A DNA stretch of 64,000 bases from Callorhinchus milii (Eukaryota): contig NW_024704742.1 of NCBI RefSeq assembly GCF_018977255.1, forward strand, positions 46,750,001-46,814,000, given 5' to 3'. The stretch's first letter is position 1. Each line of letters begins with the position of its first letter. Below are positions 11,931 through 46,574 of the stretch, piece by piece. The position numbers and the translations under genes were made by a program. The notes under the pieces are model-generated. The model did not search any database. It saw nothing but the letters and a program-made list of their open reading frames with translations, and had not been told where the DNA came from.

Positions 11931-12195
11931 ACCAAAGATACAAAGCGGTCTCAAATACTTCAGAAACACATAAGCTTACACAACACCTTGTGGCACGTAA
12001 ATCATTTGTATAACTTATTCTTTTCAAACAAAGTTTCAAGGCCGCAAAGTTCATGCAGCTGTTGTCCATTGGGGCCCCAAGTATGGCTTTTCTTCAGCTG
12101 TATATGTCCCAGGACATTGGGACAGACAAAGCACATCTCAATGTTGAAACATCTGGATCCCAGCTTTAACATTCCAAATGTGTGTTTTATGACAC

Positions 12196-12229
<34 letters not shown>

Positions 12230-12348
12230 CCTTGCATTTGATATAGCGCTTTTCACGTCGGGAGGACGTCCCAAAGCGCTTCACAGAACACACTGTAAAG
12301 TGAATTGACTGTATATTTGTGGGCGAACGCGGCAGCCAATTGCGCACA
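12196..12348 (-). mobile_element. 5'-truncated young SINE
   Basis: (AAT)n followed by the reverse complement of the SINE 3' half. Confidence 0.9.
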
Positions 12349-13089
12349 GACAATGCCCGTTCCAGTGCTTCATTATGTAAGGACAATATTCCCTCTTGTA
12401 ACCTCAACCATAATCACCATCACCTGTGAAAGAAAATACGTCATCTGATAAAAACTAACACCCATTACTGGTTATGCTGAGTATTGAAAGAAGAAAAACA
12501 GAGGTCAGGAGTTGGGCCTGAAGATCAGATGACTTTATTCTTGGCTTCTTGATTCTACTACCATTATTGCTGTGGCAGAAACCTTCCCAAATAATTATAA
12601 TGGAAATTTGCATTTGGGCAAACACCTTGACATCATCGCAGTGCTACTGAGATAGAGCTTGGTATTTTATATCAAATCCCACAGTGGTTTCGAGATGAGA
12701 GTACAAAACTAGTATCCTGTTTATATTAGTGAATTAAAACATGCACTACTTGAAATGAATGTAATATATTTGTTGGTCACAAGCATCCAATTTGATAATA
12801 CCCCAGAGTTGTAATGGATAAAGACACTTACGGTTTGAGCAGAGTGGGGAAGCTTTTTTAGCCGGGTGGGCGAGCTAACTAACTTCTTAAAAGAAGTCCG
12901 TCCAAGGTACAACTGCCACTTGCCTGGCTGTATAACACCAAGTTTTATACTTTTCTTCACTTATTATCACACTCACACAAAGCCATATTTTTACAGACAA
13001 TCAGTCTCTATGGAAATTAGGTTCCATTCAGAGAAGTCAACAACATTCTTTAACTGAGTCAGTGTAAACTTGTACTTATATAGCTCCCC

Positions 13090-13570
13090 TCAGGCAGGGT
13101 AGTGTCCCGGAGCACAATGCCAAGCCAGGGGGACGGGGAGATGACTGCAGTCGAAGAGGAAAGTCTTCAGGCACGACTTGAAAATGGGGAAGGAAGGGAC
13201 AAGGTGGAGGGATAGAGAAAGACTGTTCCAGAGTTTTTGTACATAGTGGCACAAAGGACAAGCAGAAGGCCGGAGCCAGTCGACTGGAAGCAGCGGATAG
13301 TGGGTTGGGGGTAAGCAGGTTGGAGAAGTAGGGAGGTGCCAGGGCATGAAGGGATTTGAAGACGAGAATGAGGATCTTGAAATTGATCCATTTGATGATC
13401 GGGAGCCAGTGATGGGGTACATCGTTTAGTGCGGGTGAGTATGTGTGCGGCAGTGTTTTGGATTAGCTGTATTTTGTGGAGTTGGGGAGGCCGGCGAGGA
13501 GAGTATTTGAATAGTCGAGGAGAGAGATGACAAACGCGTGGCCAAGTGTTTTGGCTGCGTATGCGGTAAG
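13090..13570 (-). mobile_element. L2 LINE 3' fragment
   Basis: Minus-strand peptides LWNSL...FKSCLKTFLF and TLGHAFVISLLDYSNTLLAGLP. Confidence 0.85.
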
Positions 13571-13999
13571 GACAACATTCCTATCAAATGAATAAGTGAG
13601 ACAGTTCCTACCATCTGCGGGGTGGAAGTAGCTGAAACAGTGAGGCAAGTAGCAAAGCAACATTCTTACAAATGATGAGTCTCCATTCAAATGAGATTGC
13701 ATCATTTTTATTGCACTACACCCCAAGACTCTGGAAAGTGTTTACCACCTGCCGGTGGAAGCAACAAACAGTGAGTCTCCATTCAAATGAGTATGCAGAC
13801 CCCTTGGCCATGACGTCACTACCGTCACATTACTGCCAAATCGACTCTCTTTGTGGTTGAGATTTTTTATTGTGGAGTCTGATCTTTATGCACAGCTAGT
13901 GGAAGCAAAGACTTTGGGAATCAGGTCTCAGCAGATCCAGATCCTGGAGAAATAGCTATTATGCATGACCTGCTGCCTCTATACTCAGTCCGGGCCCTG

Positions 14000-14388
14000 A
14001 AAACAAACTCAATACCCCATCACCCCAGTCCTCACCAGGCTCCACTGGCTGCCTATTGCAGAACGGATTAATTTCAAGAGCCTGACACTTACAAATCACT
14101 TCATGCCCTAGCAGCTCCCTACCTCTCTGATCTGCTTACACTACACTCCACTACTAGTCCCCTTTTCTCAGCTGGCTCCAACCTTACACACGTTCCTCAT
14201 CCCCTCCGCTCCACCATCGACGGCCGTGCTTTCGGTCACTATGCCGCAAGACTCTGGAACTCTATAACTCAATTCCTCTGCCTTGCCCCCTCTTTGCCCG
14301 TCTTCAGATCACACCTGAAGACTTTTCTCTTTGACCGTGCCTATAGTCAACTTCCCTCTTTCCTCGCTCGATGTCAAGCTCCACCACT
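14000..14388 (+). mobile_element. L2 LINE 3' fragment
   Basis: ccccatcaccccagtcctcaccaggctccactggct...ctctggaactct...ctgaagacttttctctttgaccgtgc. Confidence 0.85.
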
Positions 14389-14661
14389 ATCTAGACATCC
14401 CAAAGCGCTTCACAGAATATACTGTAAAGTGAATTGACTGTATATTTGTGGGCGAACGCGGCAGCCAATTGCGCACAGCAATGTCCCACGAACAGTCATG
14501 GATTGAAAATGACCAATTTATTATTGTTTTGTTTTTTGGAGGGATTATTATTAGGAGTGTGGAGTAAGGAAACTTGCCCAAGGTTTCACTCTGCCTGGAA
14601 TTGAACTCAGGTCTCTCGCTTGCAAAGCGAGTGCTCTAACCACTGAGCTACAGGACTCCAC
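14389..14661 (-). mobile_element. Young tRNA-derived SINE, short subfamily (tail lost)
   Basis: Reverse complement of head and body. Confidence 0.9.
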
Positions 14662-15819
14662 ATGCAGGTTGTTGTTCTGGTGCTGTAAAGGTGGCTAGAG
14701 ATCTCATTCCCATATCACACCAATATGAACCATATTAACTGCTACTGTACTCTAATAACCACAGTCACAATAGTTATTTCAGAGCTGCCACAATGTTAAG
14801 GCACTGCAGTTCCAAAAAGAGATTTACTTTTTGACGTGCAGTCCAAAACTTGTAGAAATGTTAACTGTTTAAATCACCATAGGTAACAATAGCATCATCT
14901 TCCATTCAGTGGATGTTTCATTCTAAAAGTTGCATCTTGCTGGAGAAAAAAAAGTTTATAAACAGTTACAGAGGAAATATATAACGAGTGCAGCTTCCGC
15001 CTTTGTATAATAAGTCTCCCTTAACATAACCAAGTATGAATGACACTGCTCACTGGTTGGGGAGTGGGCATTAATCCCAACTAAGCCACAGATTCTAAGA
15101 ACGTAATTTAAATGTCAAAAGTAGCGCTGCATGCAATTTTAAAGAGATTCCATGCCAAAATCTATGAATGAAAACAGTGTAGAAGTCCTGGAACGGACAG
15201 TGTTCAAGCAAATTAAAATGCTTGCTTATTGTCTTGTATATTAATCTGTGCCTATATTGCCTGGATAGAACAGTTGTGTTTATATAGTTTGATTAATGAC
15301 ATTAATAAAACACTTCTCAGTGATTTGGCCTTGCACCAGAAAAATGTCTCAAGATAAAAAGTGCGTCTACTCCAGGAAACTCTATGTACATCACCTCGAA
15401 TTGCAACAGTGTGGCTCCAAAGTGATCTCCATTCGAAAATGAGTTCTTCCAAGTCAATATGACATATACCAGTTGATAAAAAAATTACATTTGATATAGC
15501 GCCTAAAGTATCAAGATGTCTCAAAGTACTTCACAAAGTTTTCTGTAAACAGTACTGCCTGTGTATTTGCGTGTATGTACTTTATGTCCCAAGATGTTTT
15601 TTTTCTGCTTCCAGATGCAATTTTTCAGATGTCATTTTCTCAACACTTGAACAGGACAACCACAAAATAAACACTGGAAAAAGTAACTAATTTTATCAAC
15701 GCTGCTATCTCTGGAGATCCCCTGTACGTCACCTTGCCCTGTGAGGCCTCGGTTCTCGTGATCTCCTCAGGTCAGAGACAAGTCAAGTCGACATGATTCA
15801 CAGGGGCTTCCCTACAGAA

Positions 15820-16140
15820 AATCCCTACAGTAGCTCAGCAGTTGACCACTCATTTCGAAGCGAGAGACCTGTGTTCAATTCCCAGCAGGGCGAAACCTTG
15901 GGCAAATTTCCTTATTCCACACGCCTAATAATAATCCCTCAAGAAAAAAAAAAGAAGAATTTGGTCACTCAATCCACGACTGTTTGTGGGACACTGCTGT
16001 GCACAATTGGCTACGGCGTTTTGCCCACAAAATATACAGAGAATTCACTTTACAGAATACTCTGTGAAGTGCTTTGCTACATCTAGAAAATGCGATGAAG
16101 CTCTATATCAAATGGAAGGATTATTATTATTATTATAATA
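15820..16140 (+). mobile_element. tRNA-derived SINE
   Basis: gtagctcagcag...gttcaattccc, body and ATT tail. Confidence 0.85.
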
Positions 16141-16194
16141 CAGTTTACATTTTTTTTGGTCACCCGGGTGTCTGCATGCTTAAGAGTACCCAAA

Positions 16195-16940
16195 TGCCAC
16201 CTGCCCTCTGACCTCAACCTTCATGGTTCTGTCCTTGACTGGTTCAGATCCTACCTTTCACACCATCTCCGCTTTGTCTCTACATAGCGGACATGTCTCC
16301 AGCCCCCGCACCATCTCGTGAGGCATTCCTCAGGGCTCTGTGGTCCTCTCCACTTCAACATGTATATGCTCCCTCTTAGTGACATAATCCGCAGACATGA
16401 GATCACCATCCAAGAATGCACATTCCACCTCACTGAGCCAGTCCAGAACTTTGGCATCTTTTTTGACCCTTAACTTTCTCCCCCACATCTGTGTTGTGAC
16501 CCGTTCTGCCTTACCCCACCTCCGCAACATTGCCAGGCTTCGCCACTGCCTCTCCCTTAAGGCCACCAAAACCCTCATCCACACATTTATCACATCTAGA
16601 TTTGACTACGCCAACTCCCTGATAGTTGGCCTTTCCAACTCTTCCCTCCACAAGCTGCAGATCATCCATAACCCTGCAGGTCGTGTAGTCTCCCGCACCA
16701 GGCTCTGAGACCCCATCACTCCCGCCCTCGCCCGGCTCCACTGGCTCCCCATCCCTCAGAGGATCAAGTTCAAAATCCTCATCCTTGCCTTCAAGGTCCT
16801 TCAGGACCTTACCCCTTCCTACCTCTGTGTCCTGCTGACCCCATATCAACCTGTCCATTCCCTCCGCTCAGCAGGCTCTGGCCTACTCCATGTCCCCCGC
16901 CTGGCCTGCCCCACCATCGGCCGTTGGGCCTTCAGCCTCT
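16195..16940 (+). mobile_element. L2 LINE fragment with internal deletions
   Basis: ORF 16397..16708 (HLRNIARLRHCL...TLIHTFITSRFDYANSL). Confidence 0.9.
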
Positions 16941-19900
16941 TCATCTTCACCCTTCATCTTCATCTAGAACTATCCTACCCATTAAGGTTTGGCTTGTAGG
17001 GTTAAGAGGAGCTGAGTGGGAAGAATCCCTGCTAACAGTGACTGGTCTGTCCCTCCAAGTCCTACCATGAACCACGCTGGTTGGATGTCATCAGCAGTGC
17101 CCTGGAGTACTGCAGACCCACCTTTTTAGGAATCAGACCACCAAGGGCACTTCAGTTTACATTGCAAGGAGCTTTTCTGGTGGTTACATCATTCGAGCAC
17201 TTATTGGATCTCAATATGTTACAAATACCTGTCAGCTGGCATAGCAAGTTATACCACATTAGTTTGCAGCATCTTACAATGGGCATTCAGAATCACCTAA
17301 CAGGAAGTAGAAGGAAGATCAAACAGGGTTGTTTATTGTCTCAAGAAATACAGAGTTTAAGGACAACTTGGGAGGCATCCAATTGGATTACCTGGCCTCA
17401 CATTGGGCTTTCAATGGTATCACAAGTCCCCTAAAGGAGAAAGATCTATGGAGAAAAAACAAAGAAAAAGCAAAGTACTAATTTTCACTGAATGATAAAT
17501 GGCCTTCTGAAAACCTACAAACAGATCTTCTTCTCTGCTTGCTTTCATTTCTATAGCAACTATGCAGTGTGATAAACAAGCTGCTCTTGCCAGCTTCCAG
17601 GACTGCGAACTCCATTCAATCAATGCTTCAGTAAATCGCTCCTTATTTCAAAATCTCTTTTATCACATTGACGTTTTGTTAGCAGGTCTGCAGAATAAAT
17701 ATTTCCCTTCATTATTTAAAGTTCTCTCCTCGCTCTGTGTATCCCATTTAATCTTGACACACATGTTATATGGAAGATAGATGAACAATGCATATTTTTG
17801 AGTTACAGTCTCAAAACTTCAGGTCACACATATGAATCTCTAAAAACCCATGCAGAAAATATCCTATTTTAAGCATGGTAACAGAACTGTTTCACTGAAT
17901 TTCTGTATTTGTTTGGTTTTGGTTTGTGATAGGCCAGTCACTTGAATTCCAGGAATCACTCTTTAGATTGTAATTTGGACTGACTGGCTTTTCAATATGA
18001 ATGTCGCTCTGTTATCATGCTAATTAATAAGTGGGGCTTTGGAGACTCAACTTGGATGTATGACGGATTGGATTTGTTATTCAGAGCCTGCGTGGTGCGG
18101 ATGGAACTGGAAATCCATTTGTAACAGAAAGAGGTTTTGTCCGTTCACATGTTTCATAACAAAAACTGCATCCAGTATAAAAGGCACAGCGGCTAAATCA
18201 TCACACTCATTAACCTAAAAGAAAAGCTTTCTTTATTATTAGGACCAGAGTTTTACAAAGAAAATGTTTATTTTTCTTTCAAAATCAAGTTTAGCCCTCT
18301 TTGATGTTGACAGATGTCAGTCCTGGAATTGATCATTCTATTTGCGCTTCATACCAGGAGCAAACATTCTCAGGTAGAGTTGGCTTGGGTTGATGTACTT
18401 ATAATGTTTCAATTCATGCCCCCACCACCCAACACCCTGACACCATTCAGAATGGTTGTGCTTCTGGCTCATGGACCACTGCATTGACCTGCAGGTTATT
18501 GGGACACAAGCTTAAAGCTGATGTGTTTTGTTCAGTTAAACCAGTATCTTGCCAATTGGCAGGCGAACTTGCAATCTGAGACCTGAATGTTCAGTACAGG
18601 GAACTGCACAAAACCAGCAAAACTCAACAATTTTTCAAAATACTGCACAATCTTTAATTTTAAGACAATGGTTTTAAGGCAAGTTTCAAAGCCTGTTTTC
18701 CACAGTTCATAAAAAGACAGTAACTGGGAGCACTGGCATTCTTCTCAGTTTCCTTGTGTTAACCTGCAAGCCAAAGCCCTAATGGGCAGGGCAGCCCTTG
18801 CCAGACAAACAGCAGAAAGCTTAGCTCAACAGGGCTCTCAAAGGCAAGCTATGCAGTTTCAGCAAACTGAACTCCAATAATACCCAATGCATACACTGGA
18901 ATCCCTGTGCTTTGGCTCTCACCAACCTGCACCTAATACTTTCCGGAATTAGGTAATCAGGATCCAAACCCGAGGGAGAGAGTGCGCACTCCATTTCAGA
19001 CGTAGGGAAATTTCTATATATAAATGGAATATATGTGGAACTCACAGACTGGTCTGGATACACCGCATGTGTCAGATACCTGGCTTACAGAAATAAAAAA
19101 AAGTTGGCTTCCTAATGAAATATATATTTCAGTATTTTGCACAGTTCTCCAGAATCATTACATACTTCAAAAATGAAATCCCCCAAGAGCTGCAGTGTAA
19201 TTAACCTTCAAAAGTTTTACTTTTTTACTTTATTTCTTTTCATATCATCAACTCACAATGACTGACTATTATTAGGGGATCATAGACATACAGGAGTGAA
19301 AAATGTGTTGTTTAATTATAGATCCAATAACATATTCAATAATTAGCAAATCTTTTTGAAACAGCTGATTTTTCATCTCACGGTGTAAGTCAGCGACACT
19401 GTTTGTAAACACAAAACTGATGAAATGTCAAGTGCTATAATTGAAAGCAGACTCTACAGTAAATTTCACAGAAAACCTCACGCACAGCTGGCTTAACTCC
19501 CAATTTGAAATTCTATTTGAAAATAAGGTGTTTTAATTACCCTTCTCCAAAATAATTAACTGAAACCAATTTAAAAGCCAGTTGAAGGTAGTTTATTTTC
19601 TCCAATTCAAATCACAACAAAACTAAATCATGGGTGATGTGTTGTTTCTGACAACTTCATGTAATCTTGTTCCCAACTCATTATAGCCTACTAACAAAGT
19701 GATGCACACATTGAGTTGAATTCTACCACTGAGCTGAATTCTATCTCTCAGTGTGTGGCTATGTGGGGGATGATCCATTCGGTAGTGGTTTTACACAACA
19801 ACAATAACAACAAATTGTAATTATATAGTGCCTTTCATGTTGGGAGGACATCCCAAGGTGCTGTACAGTTTGCACCAGAGCTGGGGGTGGGTGATGGGGG

Positions 19901-20157
19901 TAACTATATTCATGTGATACTAGCCTCACAAACAGCTGCCATTGGTACTGTTTCCCAATTCAAGACACTTTTTTTTATATAAGTAGTAGGCTTTGGTACA
20001 GCATTAGATTCATGGGGAAATATTTATTTAACTTGACCAACAACAATTTCCATTTATATAGAGCCTTTTTCGTCAAAAGAGCATCTCAAAGTACTTCCCC
20101 TGGATATCCAAGGTGGGGGACGAGGGATGGGGCTGAAGTAGGGTTGGTGTGGGGGAT

Positions 20158-20532
20158 GATAATAATTCTTGCATTTGATATAGTGCCTTATCATGACTTT
20201 GAGATGTCTCAAAGCTCTTCACAGAATATACTGTAAAGTGAATTGACTATATAATTTTAGACGATAAACAGTAGCCAATTGCACACAGCAGTATCTCACA
20301 AACAGTTGCGGATTGAAGTGACCAATTTATTTTTTTTTTTTTTTTTTTGAAGGAATTATTACTCCCAGAAAAGCGATCCACCAATCGACTAACAACCGGG
20401 TTCCTAGTTACTGCTAGGTAAACAGAACAAGTGGAGTAAGGAAACTTGCCCAACATTTCACCCTGCCAGGAACCAAACCAAGGTCCCTCACTTGCGAGGC
20501 AAGTGCTCTAACCGCTGAGCTCCAGGACTCCA
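20158..20532 (-). mobile_element. tRNA-derived SINE, long subfamily, full length
   Basis: Reverse complement of head, internal insert, body and tail. Confidence 0.9.
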
Positions 20533-21236
20533 TGATGACCAAAAGCGTAGTTAACAGGTACATTCTGTGTCCTTCAGAAGTAGAGCATGCCCTCTGGAAT
20601 ATGTGCCTACATGTAATGTCTCATTAAATAACTAAAATTGTATTCTAATGCAAGTAACATGAAAAGCCCAAAACAAATAAAATACATTACGCCTGCATTT
20701 TCATTGTGTGAAACCCAGTTGGTGGTCAGTCCACCATATATTATTATTATTATTTTATTATTTAATAAAACACCAGGGGGTAGTGCACTGTTTGAATAAA
20801 CATGGGAGTTTCTCCTCGTATCATGGCCAACAATCCTTAGATAAATTGATCATTCACCTAATGGTTACTTGTAAGTCCTTCCTGCACAAAATGTCTGGCT
20901 GTCTATTTAGCTTCAAAAATTTGTCACTGCACGTGACATTAATTACCTTTGAAGCACTTTGATATGCTTTGAGGTGACAAAACATCGCTACAAAAATGTA
21001 AATTCCTTTCCTCTTTATTTCAGTGTTAAAATTAGGAAAATCGATTGCTACATTGAAGGAATGCAGAGGTTATGAACTTAGATATTGTACGGTTGAACAC
21101 TAATTATTTAAGACTTCAGACAAGCTTTTCTTTGTTGTGAATTCAAACTGGAAATAAATGTATGTATTCTCAGCCAGGTCTATAGAGGCTTCAAGGTCCA
21201 ATACCAAAAGCCAAACCCTGAGTGACACACCTTCGA

Positions 21237-21250
21237 GTCACCCTAGTAAC
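21237..21250 (+). promoter_or_regulatory. RFX X-box upstream of DTHD1
   Basis: GTCACC-CT-AGTAAC fits GTNRCC(N0-3)RGYAAC and lies ~205 bp before the ATG. Confidence 0.55.
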
Positions 21251-21454
21251 ATTTAATTGCAGCAGGCTGCACACAACAGTCAACAGCAAGAAAGCGAACC
21301 ATTAAGGAGCAGCTAAATTAATGGTAGACGTCCCCACACAACAATATCCACAGCTCAGTAATTTACTTATGTTACTTCTTTGATTCATGTTTTGGGGGAG
21401 ACAAAGATCCAGAAGGCATCCTTTAAATTGAATCCCTCACTGCGAGGAACAGAG

Positions 21455-42854
<21,400 letters not shown>

Positions 42855-43944
42855 TAGATAGTTTGATTTTAAAAAATGGTTTCCATCATAGACATGCCTC
42901 TCCTGGCATTAATGTGCATCTATATATCCGTCACATTAAGCAATTGGTGCAAAAAGAGTCACCTGGAGGTGTTTTAGTGCTGCAGATAGAGGTCTGAAAT
43001 GCAAACTAGGCTTATTGTGTGAATTGTGACTTCAGGTTTTCACATAATAAGTTCCAGAATTCATGGTGAATACACAGCTCACAAATTGCGAATCCCAAGC
43101 AAAGTCAGAAGAAATATCAAGTGAGCAAAGCCTGTATCAGCCGAGAGTAGGGTGGACAGTCAGATGAGTGGGATATGAACAGGTCAGAAAGGCATGAAGT
43201 TGCTAAGGCACAAAGAGATTTGTATGTGAGGTAGAGGATCTTAAAATCTATCTGAATAATCAAAACAGCAACCAAACTGGAGGTTCTTCAGCGACAGTTA
43301 CTTTTGATCACAACCCAATTTCCCTCATGTTTGGCCTCTTTTGGGAATTAACAAATCTCCCTGTTGGAGAATGAATTTCTCGTTTGACTCTGTTTTTCCA
43401 CAAAAACTAGAGAGCTAATGACAAGAAACTGAGCAAAACTCCGACTGGTCAAGACCTGGTCAATATTCCGCTCTCTGTGTTCTTTTTAAGAAGTTACATT
43501 TTCCAAATTGGAATTTGTGATTTGCCAGCTGTAAATTTAATCACAAATCACTCAATCTGATATTCACAAAACAGAAATTCCAAGTAATGGAACTAATCTA
43601 ATTTGTAATATTACATTTTAGACCCAAATCATCTGTACCAAAGCAACAATTCACAGCACAAGAAAAACATATATGAACAAAGTAAACTGTTTAATTCCTC
43701 TTTTATTGTTTTTCATTTGGTTAAAATGTTTCAATGTTACGGGATATTGTGTAACACTTAGAGTAGCTGTGCATTGACAACTGTAAAATGTTTTTACTGA
43801 GGATGTATGATCAGCACTATGCATAGTAGAATATTTGCCCAGGGTAAGCAAGTATTCTATCTAGAGCTATCTAGTGACAGCTCAATATGTGGAAAGTAAA
43901 GTATATTTGTCATTGAACAGTCCCCATAAGTCAAGTATCTCCAA

Positions 43945-44205
43945 TAACAACATCAACAACTTGCATTTATATAGCATCGTTCACGCAAGATGGTGTCCAT
44001 ACCAATGGCTGAGTTTGACACCAAACCAGGGAGAAAGAGGAGGTGACTGTAGGCACGGTCAAAGAAGAACCTTTTCAGCTGTGATCTGAAGATAGGCAAA
44101 GAGGGAACAAGGTGAAGGGATTGAGGTAGGGAGTTTCAGAGGTTTGGGGCATAATGGCTGAAAGCATGGCCACTGATGGTGGAGCAGAGTGGTCGAGGGA
44201 TGTGC
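43945..44205 (-). mobile_element. L2 LINE 3' end
   Basis: caacaacttgcatttatatag tail; ggcacggtcaaaga...gagtttcagag. Confidence 0.7.
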
Positions 44206-44714
44206 AAATTTCTAGATAATAAATGCAAAGGTTTACATATTAGTGGATTGTAAAAAGAAATTACGGAGGGCTCTGGGACCACATTATTCAGCTTTTGCAC
44301 AGGGAAGATGAGTTATATTAGACATAGGACTCTGGTTAATACCTCGTGATTCACACATCTGATATATTTACTGTTTATCCGACAGTCAGTTTAATCTATT
44401 TTTTTTCAGTTTTAATCGCTAGAAGACCTTTTGACATTATAGGCACTATATCAAACACAACGATTACTGATCTTATTATTTTTCACTAAGATGAGATAGT
44501 TTAGCACATTATGTATTATTGATGTGGTGAAATGGGCCTGAAAAATGTCTGGGTTGCACTGGTTTATTGCAATACCATCTCGCCTAATTTTCTGCTAGCC
44601 ATGATATATATTCTCAAATAGATAGTATATCTGCATGTCATGGGAAATGGTGAAAATATGATCAGAGCAAATAGCAACAACAACAACTTGCATTTATACA
44701 GTGGCCTTCACGCA

Positions 44715-45938
44715 GGACCCAGCTGCTGATCACCCAGCTCCCCCTTCTCTGCCCACTGCTAGCAGACATCATTAATCAGCCCTTCTCCTCAGGATTAGTC
44801 CCACTCCCCCTCAACGCCGCCATCATCATCCACTTCCTTAAACACCTATCCTTGATCCCCCCAACCTCCCGCCCTCCAACCTCCCGCCCTGCCCGCAGTA
44901 CAGAGACAGCGCTCGTGAAAGTCACAAACATTTCTACATTTCTGCAAATGGCTTTTCTTCGCGCTTCCACCTGGTCATCTGCAGGGAACCCCAAGGATCC
45001 ATCCTTAGCCCCCTTCTCTTCCTCATCTATATGCTCCCTCTCAGTGATGTCATCCACAGACCCAGGGTTAACTTCCAAATGTATGCGGATGAGGCCTGGA
45101 TGAGTGCAAATTTTTTGCAGTTAAACATCAACAAGACGGAAGCCATACTCTTTGCCTCCCATCGATGTCTTCTGCCCTGCAGTTCTGACATCCTCAATCT
45201 ACCTGATCTGTCCTTAAAACTCTCTGAACCTGTGCACAACTTGGGCGATCCCCAGTTATCCTTCCTTCTCCACATCTGGTTCCTGACCAGGACCGCTTTC
45301 CTCCACTTCTGCCACATTGCCTGTCTCTGACAATACCTCACCCCAAAAGCTGCCAAAACCCTTGTCCATGCCTTTGTCACCTCTCGGCTGGACTACTATA
45401 GTGCCCTCCTCGCCGGTCTCCCCTCCTCCTCTATTCACAAAATTCAGCTCATTCAAAACTCCGCTGCTCGCATTCTCACCCGCACCAAACTTCATACCCC
45501 GATTACTCCAGTCTCTGCTAAACTCCACTGGCTCCCTGTCACAGAGTGGATCAATTTCAAAATCCTCACTCTAGTGTTTAAATCCCTCGATGCCTTGGCA
45601 CCCCCCTATCTCTCTAACCTCCTCTCTCCCCACAGCATTACCCACTGCCTCCACTCTACTGGCTCCGGCTTCCTCCCTGTTCTTCGAATCCTCTGCTCCA
45701 CCATCGGCAGCCATGCTTTCAGCTACTATGCCCCAAAGCTATAGAACTCCCTCCCTCAATCGCTTCATCTTGTCCGCTCTTTCCCCATTTTCAGGGTGCG
45801 CCTGAAGACCTTCCTCTTCAACCGTGCTTATGGTCATCTTCCTCCTCCCCCTGGCTTGGTATCAGGCTCCACCAATGTTAAGCGCTCTGGGATGCCGCCA
45901 GGCATGGAGGACACTATATAAATGCAGATTGTTGTTGT
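44715..45938 (+). mobile_element. L2 LINE with multiple internal deletions
   Basis: STETALVKVTN, NFQMYAD, NFLQLNINKTEA motifs; 3' hairpin and ttgttgttg tail. Confidence 0.92.
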
Positions 45939-45974
45939 AGAGTCTTAGTGTGCTGCACAGTGGTGAGGTTGGAT

Positions 45975-46255
45975 GCCAAGCAAGGGAGAAGCGAAGGTTG
46001 AAGTGACCATATGTAGGATCAACTAGGTTATAGTGGGATTTAAAGTTTTAAAAAAAAGGGTGAGGAATTGTGGATGGATTGAGACAGAGAGTTCCAGGGG
46101 TAAATGGCACTGATGGTAGTGAGGACTGGTTGGGAGATGTCAGACCTGTGCCAGCCAAGCATAGAGTTTGGGCAGAGGAATGGGTACAAACAAGTCAGAG
46201 AGGTGTTAAGGCATGAAGGGATTTGTATGTGAGGTAGAGGATCTTGAAATTCATC
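45975..46255 (-). mobile_element. Degenerate L2 3' fragment
   Basis: gagttccag...aggcatgaagggatttgtatgtgaggtagaggatcttgaa is the reverse complement of FKILxLTYKSLHxL. Confidence 0.65.
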
Positions 46256-46574
46256 CTATTAATCAAAATAGCAACCAAACAGGAGTTTCTTCAGTGACAG
46301 TTATTTTTGATCACATCCCAATTTCCTTCATGTTTGGCCTCCTTTTGGAATGTAATAAATCTCCCTGTTGGAGAATGAATTTCCTATTTGCGTCTGTTTT
46401 ACACAAAAACTAGAGAGTAAATAACACTTAGTTATGGGAATACCGGGCCCTCATACCTCAGGTGAGTCAATGTTGAACACCTTCATGGAGGTGAAGCGGG
46501 GGACATTATATGCTATTATTAAGAGTAAAGGAAAGTGAAAACAGAGAAATGATCCAAATTGGAAGTAGAGAGTT

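Noticed and set aside
12349..12440. Minus-strand acceptor-like site (ttttctttcacag|gtg) near 12424
   Set aside because: No recognisable peptide or donor; it runs into a SINE. It cannot be supported without transcripts.
17081..17434. ORF with MGIQNHLTGSRRKIK, faintly like a SAM-domain motif (ARAP2 has a SAM domain)
   Set aside because: Wrong strand for the expected ARAP2, begins inside a repeat, lacks the rest of the SAM pattern and has no convincing splice sites.
42855..44230. DTHD1 polyadenylation site
   Set aside because: The first AATAAA I noticed after the stop (~44217) sits at a repeat edge; the 3' end cannot be assigned from sequence alone.
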